A DNA stretch of 64,000 bases from Lytechinus pictus (taxonomy: Eukaryota). The stretch is taken from contig NC_087252.1 in assembly GCF_037042905.1 (NCBI RefSeq), forward strand, positions 14,324,001 through 14,388,000, written 5' to 3'. The notes below the pieces were generated by a model, which had not been told where the DNA came from, made no database searches, and saw only the letters and a program-made list of their open reading frames with translations. How positions within the stretch are numbered: the first letter of the stretch is position 1; each line of letters opens with the position of its first letter. The translations under genes and the position numbers were made by a program. Shown in pieces: positions 12,117-25,272 of the stretch.

Positions 12117-15100
12117 TTAACGATTAAAGTGATCCTCAATTATCTGCTCTCTCCTGAGCCTTCCTACGACAGCGTCGTGGAGGCCAGGAGGAAGGTGGAC
12201 AAGTGGAGGCATTTCCTCAGGCTCAGGTCCTGGAATATCTGGCTCGCGCCGGTCAAGAGAGATATTCCACAGGACCGAGCAAGACACTATGATTGCAAAT
12301 GTAGTGTCCACCTTCACGCGGAGATAATTGAGGCAAGGGAACCTCCTCTTCAAACGACCAAAGGTCCGCTCAATAATACAACGCCCTCTTTTGTGGGCAG
12401 CATTATAGCGTACCTGTGGCCGTCCCTGAGGATTCAGGAGAGGGGTCATGAGATAGGGAAGACATGGGTACCTGAAATGGAAATGGAAAAAAATACATGT
12501 AAGTCTCTTACTATTAAATTTATGTAGGGAATTGGACGCACTAATTAATAATTTCCTAAGCGATTTATTTCAAAGCAATACAGTAGAAATTTGAAAAATT
12601 ATGATCCATTTCTTATTCTTGCCACAGCCGTTTGCACAAATACAAAGTAATAAGAGAACCAAATCTGAAGTTGAAACTTTATAAATTCAATCCAAAATGG
12701 ACAAATTAATTCTACTTTATACTAATGAATTAATGATAAAATTATTGTACTTTCTAAGTAAACCATATTAATATCTCACCCCCCTCCCCTTCCATCAAAG
12801 AAATCTATGCTGATGAAGTGGGTTCTTTTATTTTGTGAAATAATGGATCCCTCTTTTGTTTTCATTAAGAAAAAATAAAATGTAATTATTGAATTTGAAT
12901 TACAAGAATAATAAATTGGGGGTGCCACATTTTGGGTGCATGTGACATCTCAATAATAAAGTTTAATTAATTCAGATTATCCTTCAATAGTCATAACAAT
13001 TTAACTAGATATTTTGGTGTAGGTTCCTTTAAGAAAGGGATACACTTAATGACCAATGTACATACCCACTATCTCCAAGAAGCCACTCAGCACCATCTGC
13101 CCTTGCCTCCAGCTGTTCCTTCAGTGAGCTCTCATTGAAAATCCGGGAATCATGGGTGCTGCCAGGCCACCTTGCCACAATACTTGTTATTTTCCCAGCA
13201 AGATCACAAACTACCTATTAAATTTGAAAAAGTAGACATACATGAATCACACATTTACATGTACATTGCATTTCAAGCTTGGCAGGTAATTTAACTGCAC
13301 TTACTTTCCTGATTATTGCAACATTCTTCCAAATGTGTTATTTGACTCAACTGCCTGCAGTTAGTGCAGCAATCTCCCAACATATGAATTTGAATGACCC
13401 TTGGCAAATTATATTCAGTCTCCTTGCACTTATATTCATTAATTGATATGTAAAATCTTAACATAGAACAAACATTTAAATTACCCTTTCATAATAATTG
13501 ATAATGCAAGAAGTTAATAGTTTAATAAATTCCATTTTTGTATATCCTAGTTGCAATATGCAAATGAAGGGTATGGATAGATGACATTTATAATTATCTA
13601 TATAAGAATTGCAGTCTTGTGTTGATGCATGTATATGGCCTAAATCAGGGATTCTCAAATGGTGGCACGCACGCCACTTGTGGCGCCCAGAGCCTTGCGG
13701 AGTGGCGCGTGGGAGCCAGTACAAAAAAAAAGAAAATAAAAGTTCGATCTACTATTAACCTGGAATTGAGGTTTAATAATTTCATAACAAAGGGAATACA
13801 AAAACTTGACTGTATTTGAAATTTAAATGCGTATTAATTTCCTTGGATTTTGTGTAATCTAGCATTCGATATCCCTATTATGGAAGATCAATCGGATGGT
13901 GTTCTTTTTTTATATTCATTTTATTTTTGATGTATTCACTTAAATTTTGTAGTATGTTGGCATTTTTATATCTTCTGTTAATTTAGAACCCTTCTTAGCC
14001 ATTATTGAAGTCTTCATATTTTAAGCACTTCAGGTAGCTCTGCATCCTCGTCCCCCTCCCACCACCACAATATTTAGCTCATTCACGTGTTGGACAGTGG
14101 AGCAGTCCAGATTTTCGGAGCTTCAAAAAAAGTAATCGTGCACAGCTGGCCAAAATAATATCACATTATTCATATTCACATAATTCCATAACTATTTGGT
14201 TGAAAATTAATTTGATTTTCCCAATTTCGGATGGGAATTAAAAATTACAAATTTACTTACCTGAACATTGACCGAATATCTGTTCTTCCTGTTCAAGAAG
14301 TACATGGCTTGTTCGCCACCAGGACTCTGGATGTAGACATGAGTCCCATCAATTGCACCAATGACCCCTGGAAATCTGCAGTAGTCGTAAAATTGCTGCT
14401 GGGTCGTTTCAACTTCTTCTCTCGTTGCAGGAAAGGTCATGAATTGCCTCTTCCTCCTTGCAATAGCTTCAGACACATCTTTGATCACTCTACTGACAGA
14501 TGACTGTGATACTGTTGCCTCATCACCATGCATCCTCTGGAAAGATCCTATGTTAGAAAGAAAAATGAGATCAAATCGACATTCATAAAACAAACTAAAT
14601 GAAACTACTCTAGAAATAGTTAATGTCAACAGCAATAATAATAATACTAATCCTTATATTGACTTTAAGCTTAATCACAGTTTGAGCAATTGAATAGCCC
14701 TATTTAAAAGTTATTTAAAATCTGAGAACTAAATAGCACAAAAGAATAGATTGAGGGATCGAAATTCAATTAAGGACATTCATCACTTAAAGTGAAGCCC
14801 ATGTCATTACGACCAAACTTCACATATTTACCTTAATTAAATATAATTACAAGATAAGTGTAAGCCTCTGTAAAGCCTCATGATTTCACATCTGGTCAGA
14901 ATGCACTTTCTGTCAATTTCAAATCAATGGAAGATTTATTAGCATTTAAAATATACATAGCAAAGCAATCTTTATTTGCTCAGAAAAGATACATTTTTTG
15001 GTGCTATTAATATTAAGGGTACATCAATTACTCACCAACGGCATAAAATCGTAGAACTGTCAAAACCTGTAGACTGACTGGTAGAGGATTGTTCCTCTCC

Positions 15101-15279
15101 GTGTTCCTCGTCAAGTCTGCTTCAAGCATGTCGATGATGTAGATGACGCTCTCCTTGGAAAAACGATATCGTATCCGGAATGCTTCTTCATCGTACAATT
15201 CAAAAGGGTCCTTCAGGTCCCGGGGACCTCTTTGTGGCCTCCCTTCTGGATTCTGTGTACATATAGGGGACAGTTGCAT
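12117..15279 (-). CDS. PIF/Harbinger DDE transposase (HARBI1-like), spliced, ~344 aa
   Basis: Exons 15279-15036, 14547-14261, 13214-13066 and 12471-12117 splice (GT-AG) into one open frame. Motifs: RYRFS, LQVLTVLRFYAVGSFQ, GAIDGTH, RWPGSTHDSRIF, LLGDSGY, IERTFGRLKRRF. The true start may lie in an upstream exon (possible acceptor near 15253, donor near 18717). Confidence 0.92.
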
Positions 15280-16147
15280 GTTTTAGCAATATCTTTAAAT
15301 TTGTTCAAATAATGTAAATATATGAGTTCATAGATCTAGTTTGCCAATGAATTCCAAACTTGGACCAGAATAGATCACTCAGGGTATCGGGAGTCTTAAA
15401 GAAAATTACTTGCAGGTGAGACAAAAACAAAATAGTGAGTGAGGGACATCTCGACTGTCTCATGTCACTGAGTTGTGCATATCACTATTTGTGAAAAACA
15501 AGCGAAACTTTAAAAGGACATACTGTAGCTTACTTAATCTTATTTTACATCCAATTTTGATGAATTTTAAGCATTATGCTAATTTGATTTTTCTCCATTT
15601 ATTCAAATCAACATTTTTCTGGGGTGGACTTGACCTTTATTTAATGTTCATTTATAAAAAAATAATAATTGTCTCCACATCTTTTCATTGCAACCAAGGG
15701 ATGCAATGGTTTGATAGGATCAGGATTGTTAACACTAACTGCCCTTCACATGGTTAAAAAATCGTAATTTGAATTATTCCAGTGAAAAACAAGGCTAATG
15801 ACGAATATTTAGCACGTGTGAAACCAAACTAGAACATGATTAGAATCATGAACGCTAATAACAATTACAATAGCAATCATTACAATGAATCAAGATTCAC
15901 ATGTGAAAAGGCCCTTGGTAGTACAGAACACAAATCTAATTTGACCAATGAAATAAAACCTCTTTTGACTTGTATATTCATACCTCTCTCAATCTTCGGA
16001 TACGACGAACGTGATGAAGATAGGCCATATTTACGATGTTTGCAACTCTGTGACACAATAGAAAATTGATACTGTATTAATTCATGCAAGACGATAGGCA
16101 TAAATAAAAACAATTTATATAAAGCATCTCATCATTCATGCAAAAAA

Positions 16148-16700
16148 CCCGGGGGGGCCAGTTCCATTCACGAGTGGATACCATGCGCGACCATGGGGTC
16201 TCGAAAAGCACCCTAAACACGTAATTTCCATATTCTGAAAATGCACCCCTTAACAAGTATTGGCGTGTGAAACCCTACCCTTAACAAGTATTGGAAACAA
16301 AATGATACTCTTGGCAAATATTCCCTGAAATGAACCCCTAAACAAGTACAGGAATGTTTTATTGTTACGGGTCTTTCGGTCGTCGGCTTTACCTATTTTG
16401 GTTTAGTACGACCCCATCTTCTACATCTCGCGAAAATTGGACTCTAAACACGAAGTGTTGGGGCAAAAAGGACATCCTTTATAAAACATTTTAATTTTGT
16501 TTTATCATCCCCGCAAATTCGACCCTAAACACGTAATTGTCCTATAGCGAAATAGATACCCTTTTTTCATTATTTTTGTGTTTTTGACACCCTTATCACG
16601 TTACGTACGTAACGTGCCCTATCGTGAAAAGGACATCCTTTTTACGTGTTTTTTTGGTCGCGCATGGTATCCTTTCGTCAATGTAAGTGGCCCCCCCGGG
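16148..16700. mobile_element. MITE with CCCGGGGGGG termini and 7-bp TSD
   Basis: Imperfect ~45-bp TIR (...GGATACCATGCGCGACCA). TSD CAAAAAA at 16141-16147 and 16701-16707. Confidence 0.85.
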
Positions 16701-17139
16701 CAAAAAAAATAAAAAAAACAAGACAGCTAACATTAATCATTGTCAAGGAAAAATGTAAAATGTATTAAGATCCCAATCCCCATAATAATAGGTTATGATC
16801 ACAGTGACATAACCCCCCCCCCCCCCGGGTGACCAGACGTCCCGTCCCGACATACCCTTCCCGGGACGCCTATTTGTCCCGTATTTCAGAATATTGAAAA
16901 AAGTATAATTAATACATAGAAATGTGAAGAATATTCATCAAATAACCAACAGATGACAAAGCAGACGTAACATTAAAATTGATAACTGTTAACTTGCAAG
17001 TTCTACGGTGATTTTCTTGCTACCCAATACATTGATAACGAACTGGCCTCCTGCCTGTGTGTGGCAGGCTATTAATATAGCTAGGCATGTTGGATCGGAG
17101 AAGATTTTTCGTTAAAATGATTGGATTTTTTGTTTGCTT

Positions 17140-17620
17140 TAAGTTTGAACTTTTTCCTCTTTTTTTTCATTTTTCTTTCTTTTCTATCCTTCCTGCTTGC
17201 CTTTTTTCTCAATCTAACTTCATTTCCAATCTTTCCTATTTATGTTCATTTGTCTTTCCTTCTTTCTCTTACTTTCCTTCTTTTTTAAAGTTCCTTGTTT
17301 TTATTTCCTTCCTTCTTTCTTTCCTCAAACTTTTCTTTGCTTTCTTCTCCACCTTTCTCCCCTTTTTCTTTTTGTTCTTTCTCTCCTTCCATTATTGTTT
17401 TTCTTTCATTTTCTTATCTCTTCATTCTTTCCTCCCTCGCTTTAATTCATCCATCCTTTTTCATTCTTTATTTTATTTTACCCTTCCAATTCTTTTCCCT
17501 TTAATTTCTTTCCTCCCCTCCTGATTTTTTCTTTCTTTCAGTTTCTTTCAAAGAATGAAAGAAACATTTTTCTTTCCTTCATTGTTTAATTCGTTCTTCC
17601 TCCTTTTTTCCCATACTTTC
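17140..17620. repeat. CT-rich low-complexity tract
   Basis: Polypyrimidine composition; gives spurious Phe/Ser/Leu ORFs. Confidence 0.85.
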
Positions 17621-19058
17621 ATTTTGCAAAATGTGCATAAATTAACATATTTAATGAGTAAAAAAATTTGTGTAGAAGTTTAGAATCCCCCACCTAGTGC
17701 TATGATATAGCAAACAGAACTGAAATCGGACTTGAAATGACGAAGTCGAAGAAGCTTTTTTTCTTTTTTAATTGTGGACGGATGACAGGATCTCAGGGGG
17801 GAGGGAGGGGGGGTGGGTCAAAAGTTTCAATTTCGCCCGTCCTCTATGCTACGGCTACGCACACGATTATTGTATACTAACTAGATTTTATTATTATTTA
17901 GCCTAAGTTAGTAAGTAATTTGTTAGGACAGTTCGGGCCAGGGGCAGGAGGACCACTCAGTTACGTTAGCCTAGGGCTAGGCTATAAACTTAACTAAGGC
18001 TTAACGTTAGAAGAGCTCAGTCAGACTCACCCAAAAAGGCAAAGCCCAAACTAACTTAAGGGTTCATTACATGCCGCCGCGCACAGAAAAATCAACCATT
18101 AGTAACTTAGTCGTGTTGTGCACACCAGAAGTGAGATCCCAGCACGCGCGACCCACTAGTTAGAAATCCACTGCCAAACGCGGTTCATGGGCATGGTGCG
18201 AGGTTACTAACCTCGCAATACGTGTGTGTGAGTAAGGCTCTCTCAGTCTCACTCAGTCAGACTCAGTTGATATAGATTATAGCTCGCTTCAGTACAGCCT
18301 CATAACATAAGATAGTCATAAGTCATAATCATATTCAGGATATTCATATCATTCATATCATAGGCTAAAATAATGCCATGGCATGGAATGCAAATCATCA
18401 TATTCCAAGGTTTCTTTATTTAATTCGTTTGAAATTCGCTTTGTCCACGTTACATTGAGATCTAATCAATGTCCACCCTTGTGCGAGGCGAGATCGCGAT
18501 GATTGAAGGATCGGGCGAAACTCGTGTATAACTTCCAACACAAAAGTGAACAAATGGGACTAGCATTAAAACACTGCTGCGATAACGTAAAAAACAACAA
18601 TGTCATGGTCTTTTCGAATGACAATTTATTGATTTAAAATAAATACGAGGTATGCATATATAATGTTAATACGAAATTGAATGAAAATAGGCATCGGAAA
18701 TATAACGATATACTTACGATTTGTGCTTGAACTTGGCCACTATCACACACGATACGGCGGATTTGGACTGAATCGTCTGCAAATTTGTCTTCAAAATTTC
18801 GGCGCCAAGATGGACAAGTCGATTTTGCGCACGCGCGTTTAGGAATTAAACCACCCCTATGAGCAGTCTAAATTAAAACCAAATTATGACGTAGTTAAAC
18901 CCCCCGGCGGTTTAAACTTCTTTTGTGAATAGCAAAATCGAGACAGTGGTCTAAATTTAAACCTTAGAGGGGGTTTAAACCTCGACCATGGTTTAAACTT
19001 CTTTTGTGAATTCGGGCCATACTGGTTTCCAGTATTTGCTGGACCAGTTGATTTTTAA

Positions 19059-20231
19059 CAACGAACGTAGAGGGCAGCAACACACAAGCGTGTTGCTCTA
19101 AGGAAGGTCAACTCCGCTCGAATTTTGTGACCACTTTAAAAAATAAGGTGGGGTTTTGGGAAATTTGTCGAGTTGATTTTTTTTCATTTGTTAATTTCAA
19201 ATATTTTTTAATGAACAATTATTAGATCGGTTATTCTGGGTATAAATATTAAAAATATTACTTTTATTTTCAAAGAAAATATTTAGCTTAAATAATCATG
19301 ATTTTGAAATTTTTCCTCATTTTGGAATATTAAGCCTGTAACGAGGATACCTCATATCTCTTATTTTCTTCTGCTGAATTTCGCTGCACCACTAATAAAT
19401 GCATAGACAACCACCGTAATAATCGAGGTAATTTTTCTGGCCTGGGTGCGCCGAGTCTGGGCCGGTCGCGCAGCTAGCTAGTGACGTTGATGATGCGCTG
19501 GGGCTTCAGGCGACTCGTCATAGATCTAGCAACTTAGACAATGACGTCTAATTTGCCTGGCCTGATTTGAAGTGTAATGGCTTCAGGGCTGATGTTTATC
19601 AACGATGATTATTCAAGGTTAGATTTCAAATTTTAAATGTCATTTGACTTTTAAGTCTATAAATCTGAAATAAAGGCGCTGTATCCCCGAAATCCGGGTC
19701 TAAATTTCAACTCTGAGTCCGAGACCATGGCATGGACGGCGAAAAAACAACCCATGCATCGGATGCATTGCATTGGCTGCGCGCTGCGCTGCAGCTGCAC
19801 TGTGATGATGGGTTCAGCGAAGAGCTCAGAGAAAATAAGGTGGTTATATTCAATCCCGAAATGCTTTGCGAGTGGTCACAAAATCGTCTCGACGCAAATC
19901 ACCTAATACAGCCGTCTGGTGAAATCGCTGATAACAACAATCACCGATTTGGTAATGATTTTAGTTTTTTTGAAACTTATATTTGTAAAGTTTTAAATAT
20001 CAAAGTATGTTTTTATATGTATGTATATTCCTCAACATATTTTTAAAGTTATCTTTGATATTGTTGTAGTCATATTCTTTCATATTCGTTTTTTGATCGC
20101 TACTATTAGATCGGCATTTGATTTCGTTGGCATGAACAATAAAATACGCGCGCAGCTCAGCTGCATGCGCGTATCGAGTTGACCTTCCTTATAGCAACAC
20201 GATTGTGTGTTGCTGCCCTCTACGTTCGTTG
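19059..20231. mobile_element. MITE copy 2 (same family as 2922-4103, opposite orientation)
   Basis: Same TIRs. Internal sequence is the reverse complement of copy 1 with scattered substitutions. TSD ATTTTTAA at 19051-19058 and 20232-20239. Confidence 0.9.
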
Positions 20232-21399
20232 ATTTTTAACTAGACCAGTAAAAATCAACTGGAGACCAGTTCAAACAATTGCATTCCAGTTGAAGCAAAG
20301 TAGTAATACCAGTTAAATTGTTTTTCATCAAACTGGTGTAACTGCATGGTCCAATAAATAATGACTTTATTTCAAGTTATATCATTTGACGAATTATGGA
20401 AAATTAATCTTGCAATTCAGAGAAATTTATTATCGTTATCATTGTTATCACCATTCTTCTTATAATTATCATAATTATTATTATTATGATTATTATGATC
20501 ATTGTTGTTATTATTCTTATTACTGTTATCATTGTTATTGATATTGTAATTATTATTATTGATATCATAATTATCAAGTATTAACATTATCATTAAAATA
20601 ATTATTTCCTTTGATTATGATTAAGATCAAAGCAAGATATATTCGTCTGATATAGTCAACTGGTCTAAAGTAATTCATTGTTTGAAATTGAACTGGTCAA
20701 GACCAGTAATACCAGTAATTCTGATGACGTTGATCACGTGGTTTGCCTCATTTGCATATATCCTATTTTAAAAAGAAAAATCAGGATTTAGAATGCAATA
20801 TCCTTGCAATGGCACTCATTGTTGTTTAAAAACTTTCCAAATAAGTGTGTGAACTAATTCACAATGAAAATGTGTAATTTCATATATCACATTTAAAATA
20901 ACAGCAGAAAGATTAATTTACTAACCATCTTTTCCATCACATTTCACTGACCATGGTATATAACAAACCAAATGCATGTAATAAATTGATCCAGTAAGAC
21001 CAGTGCGAGGACCAGTCAGACCAGTAGAAAAAAATCAGTATAAATTGAATTGGATACCAGTATGAAGACCAGTAACAACCACCAGAAACAAGACCAGTAT
21101 AAAATTCCAGTAATTCAAGACCAGTTAAATTTTTAACTGGACCAGTAAAACTTTAACTGGACCAGTATGACCAGTAAGACCAGTAAACCGATGTTCTAAT
21201 TTCCAGAGTTACCAGTTAAAATTCTACTGGTCTAACTGGTTCAGTGGAACTGGTTTTTCCTTCTGGGGGGCTTTGTTGTTGTTTGTTGGAAATTAATGGC
21301 GACCAGTCATATTTGACTATTACCGCCAACTCGTTTGGTCAACTATTATTTTCTTTCTTTTCTTTGACGTGTCCTTTATAATCGTTCCTCTCCTTTCTT

Positions 21400-24300
21400 T
21401 GTTTGTTTTTGTTTTTTGTTTTTTAATAATGATTTTTATTATTATAAAGGCTATCGTATCTTACAGGTTACCGCATGATCCCGTCCCTTCTAACGACACC
21501 GTCCAGACATCGTCCTGTCTCTCCGGTGTAGACAGGGGGCTCCCTTTGGGATACTCTATAGTCTTGAAACTCGGAAAAGAAATAGAGCAATAAACTGTTA
21601 AAGAGTCTTTTCCCGTGAAATGATCTCGCATATAATTACCAATCAAATACATGTATGTCTGTTTTGTTTTGTAAAGAGAAAATATAAAATTTGATATGGG
21701 GAGGTTCGGATTATTCGAAATTTATGGGGGCATCCAAAATGAGGGCTTTAATAAATGAAATGGTGCATTGTTAAATCAAGGTTGTAAGTTAGATGGATAT
21801 GATCGAGTTAGTAAAAAAAAAATATATGTATATACACACACATGCATATACATTTTTTTTTCCATTTCTTCATCTTTATTCTTTTTCCTTTCATTTCTTC
21901 TCCTCTTCCTTCCATTTTCTTCTTTTTTTCTTTTCTTTTTTCCTCCTTCCTTTCCTTTTCCTTTCTTTTCCTTTCTTTTCCCTTTTATTTTCTCTTTATT
22001 TCCTTTGTCTTTCTCAGTTTTTTCTCTTTTCTCTTCCCCTTTTTTAAAAATCTTTTTCTCTTTTTTCAAAATGATAATGAGCTCTACTGAATACAAGGAA
22101 TATAACCCTGAGAGAAGAGAGATACATCTTATTCTAAAACAAACAGAACAATAACCATCGTCTCATGTGGTCATCATACTCATATATATACACAAATACA
22201 CACATATGTACCTATATGAACAAATAAGTAATTACATACTAATCAAATAGATATATTTCTCCCTTTCCTTCACGGAAAAAAAAAAAAAAAAAAAAAAAAA
22301 ACTGCTATCGAATTATTCTTTTTGGAAGCGTTTCGTTCTTTGAACGAAACGAACCAGTGCATTTTGGACACCTGGGTCCCAAGAATTCAGGAGCCTAAGG
22401 ATTTCCTCGGGATCGGCGATGTCTGCCTCGACCTTTCAATTATATACTTAGGGCATTTTATAATGTAGTGTTCAATTGTTTCTTTCTCCGGACATGAATT
22501 GCACTGTCCCGTTGGGTGTATTTTCATTCGCCAGAGATCTTCATTTAGTCCTATATGACCTAATCGGAGTCGACGAAATATCTTTTCTCTTGCTCGTTCT
22601 AATGAGCAAGTCAGTGTTTGTAAGACCGACCTTTGGATTAGTTTATAGTGGGTATTAGGGGAGTTTTGCCATCTGGACTGCCATTGATTAAAAGAAATTA
22701 TCTTTAAAATGCTATTCACTTCGGACGTACATAAGTGATTTGTTATTTCTATGGGTTTATTGAGAGCTGCTTTGGCGTGAAAATCGGCACGTTCATTACC
22801 CATTATTCCACAGTGGGAGGGGATCCATTCAAAACTAACATCAATATTTTTAAATTTTAGATGGGACAAACTTAATAGTATTTCCGAAATGAAATTTTCT
22901 TCTTTGTTATTCTTTAATGCCAGTAAAGCACTTAAGGAGTCTGTGAAAATAACAGTACCTACAAAGATGTTATCTAACTGGTGTAGCCAATTAAGGGCCA
23001 GCATGATACCTGCCAGTTCGGTCCTGTAAATAAAAGTACCATCTGACAATCTTTTGATTGTTGATAAGAGAATGCTGGAACGCAAAATGCTGCAGAACTG
23101 CGCCTTTCCTTGGGTGTTTTGGATCCATCAGTAAAAATGTGGAGCTGATTATTCCATTTCGTATTAATACATTCTAAGCTTGTTTGTTGCAAAAATAATG
23201 GATTATCTGATTTACTTACCTTGTTTGTCAGTTCCGTTGATATAAGTGGTTCCGTTAGTAGCCAAGGGGGAAAATTTATGGGTTTAAATTTTTCTATACA
23301 TAAGTAATTATTCGAATTTGTTGTTCGATACCCGAAAGGTTTATTGCAATTCTTACCTTCCATATACTGATATTGCCAGCAAGGTTGTAAGCTTGAGAAA
23401 AGAGGATGCTTAGGTTGAAGTTCTATACTATGTTTGAATTTATGAGCTAGCTGTTGTCTTCTGAGATCTAGTGGAGTTTCTCCCATTTCTACTTGTAGAG
23501 ATGCTAAAAAGGTATATCCTTAAAGATTGGTATTGTATTGAGTCTAAAGTTTTCTTAACACTTTCTGCAGCACTATCATATGCCTCACATCCGTAGTCCA
23601 GGAGGGATCGGATATAGGATCTATATATCATCAATAGAGACTTAGAAGAGCTTCCCCATGACGTACCAGTTAAACATCTGAGGATATTCATTTTTTTCTT
23701 ACATCTGGTTGCAATGTTCTCTATATGTTGAGTCCAGGTAAGTTTCTTATCAAAAATTATTCCTAAAAAGCGATGCGAATCTTCACATTTTAAAGGTATG
23801 CTATTTATAGTAAGATTTATCTCAGATAATTTTCTGCTCTTAGTAAAAAGTATGGGGACAGTCTTCTTTTGGGAAAGCTGGAGGCCCCATGAGGAGAACC
23901 AATCATATAGAACATTCAGATAATTTTGTATTTTCTTGGTAATGAAAGGGATGTTGCTGCCAGAGATCCATATTGCACAGTCATCGGCATACAGTGAAAT
24001 TTTAATCGAGGGATCTGTAGGGATATCATGTAACGTAATGTTAAAAAGTGTGGGACTGAGGATACTACCTTGTGGGAGACCTCTATCCATCTTGAATTCT
24101 TTTGATAATTGCTTATCAACACGTACTTCATAAGTGCGGCCTTTCAAAAAGTTGTGGAGAAAACTAAGCAGGTTACATTGTATACCTATTTCATTCAATT
24201 TACGAATTAGGCCTTCTATCCATATCGTATCATATGCTTTGTTTATGTCCAAAAAGATAGCTAATGTATGTTCCTTGTTATTTATACTCTTTTGAATGTC

Positions 24301-24730
24301 GTTCTCAAGGTTCACTATACTATCTATGACACTCCGGTTTCTTCTGAAACCGTTCATGAAGGATGGTAATATTTCATGTTTTTCGAGGAACCAATCGAGC
24401 CTTGACTTGATCATGGTTTCCATGATTTTTATCAAGCATGATGATAAGGATATGGGCCGATATGATGAGGTATCACTTGCGTTTCCATTATGTTTTAAAA
24501 TTGGGATCATTATTGAGTGCTTAAGCTGGGATGGGATTTATTGAGATTCCAAAATCGAATTGAAGAGCAAAAGTAAGTACTCTTTTGCTACGAGAGGAAG
24601 GTTTTGGTATACTATGTAAGGTATTTTATCCTTACCCGGAGCAGAATTTCCTTTCTTTTCGATAGCTCTATTAAGTTCTGTAATACTTAATTCCTCATTC
24701 AGGACATGCGAGTTTATTTGAAGCACAATT
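21400..24730 (-). mobile_element. 5'-truncated LINE of the I group (RT + RNase H; Nimb/I/Loa-like)
   Basis: ORF2 fragments at 24726-22387, then a long A-rich 3' region. A probable (CAAA)n-like tail lies near 21400. The 3' boundary is uncertain and no TSD was found. Confidence 0.75.
22387..24726 (-). pseudogene. Frameshifted LINE ORF2: reverse transcriptase and RNase H
   Basis: Motifs SAPGKDKI, SSYRPISL, FLDINKAYD, GLPQGSILSPTLF, LYADD, FLGIIFD. RNase H motifs IFTDGSK, FTDSLSAL, WIPSHCGIMGNERAD. C-terminal CNSC...H...C. Split over several frames. Confidence 0.92.
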
Positions 24731-25108
24731 CTGAGAAAGTATACTTATTGAACTATTTGTGCTCTATAGACAATAGAAGTCAATTGTTCTTAATATATTT
24801 TGCATAAATTAGGCACTTACAGATACAAACGAACACACAAGACAAAATGTCATTTTATTAAGTGAAATTATATATTTATTGTCATACGAAATGTATTAGT
24901 GAACTGATTGAAAGCATGACACTTAACAATATGTTTATTCTTTCTGTTTCAATTACAGATTGAATGATTTGGAAGGAGAATTTTATTAAACTCCATCCTC
25001 CATACAATATGCGGTATTAGTCTCTCTGTTATTGAACTCCTTCTGTGACTTTAATGATCCATCGATTCAATTCTTTGATGCTGGTGCTCGGAGTTGTGAA
25101 GTCTGCAG

Positions 25109-25250
25109 TAGAGGATTATGTGTTATACACACTGCATGATTGGTGTAAACGTTTGTTCTTTTATGTGCACAGGGACCGTGTTCATTGTTAGCTGCCATAG
25201 CACCTGAAGCTTCATAGCCCAGAGCAACAAATTGACAAGGTTCTTATTTA
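25109..25250 (+). repeat. 5' LTR of Gypsy element (TA...TA termini)
   Basis: Direct repeat of 39512-39653. Confidence 0.9.
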
Positions 25251-25272
25251 TGAACACGGTCAACTTTCAAAC

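Larger units (their letters stand above)
4114..19018. mobile_element. PIF/Harbinger transposon (two-gene autonomous type; left TIR truncated)
   Basis: Right end ...AAACTTCTTTTGTGAATTCGGGCC (19018) is a Harbinger-style GGCC terminus. Matching TTCACAAAAGAAGTTTAAAC at 4161 and GGTTTAAACC arrays at both ends. Encodes a Myb/SANT-like protein and a HARBI1-like transposase in convergent orientation. Confidence 0.9.
2686..21267. mobile_element. Non-autonomous DNA transposon with CCCAG termini (CMC/EnSpm-CACTA-like), inflated by nested insertions
   Basis: TIR CCCAGAAGGAAAAACCAGT at 2686 and its reverse complement ACTGGTTTTTCCTTCTGGG ending at 21267. GG flanks both ends (2684-2685, 21268-21269), consistent with a 2-bp TSD. 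Many ACCAGT/ACTGGT subterminal repeats at 2699-2910, 19021-19050, 20240-20350 and 20990-21255. No transposase of its own seen. Confidence 0.75.

Noticed and set aside
19732..20046. Conserved duplicated ORF (also 3152..3397)
   Set aside because: Similarity simply reflects the two MITE copies; starts and ends differ and there is no recognisable domain.
2922..20231. Single composite transposon bounded by 1.2-kb inverted repeats
   Set aside because: Each copy has its own TIR pair and distinct TSD, so they are independent insertions.
21460..21600. Terminal exon of a host gene (acceptor-like TTACAG and AATAAA)
   Set aside because: No upstream exons or coding signal; more simply the 3' UTR end of the minus-strand LINE.
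17087..22154. Phe/Leu-rich membrane-protein-like and Lys-rich ORFs (17087-17524, 21768-22154)
   Set aside because: Products of CT-rich low-complexity DNA.
24731..25108. BEL 5' LTR and PBS
   Set aside because: Position is suggestive, but there is no visible overlap with the 3' LTR fragment at 54985 and no convincing tRNA match.
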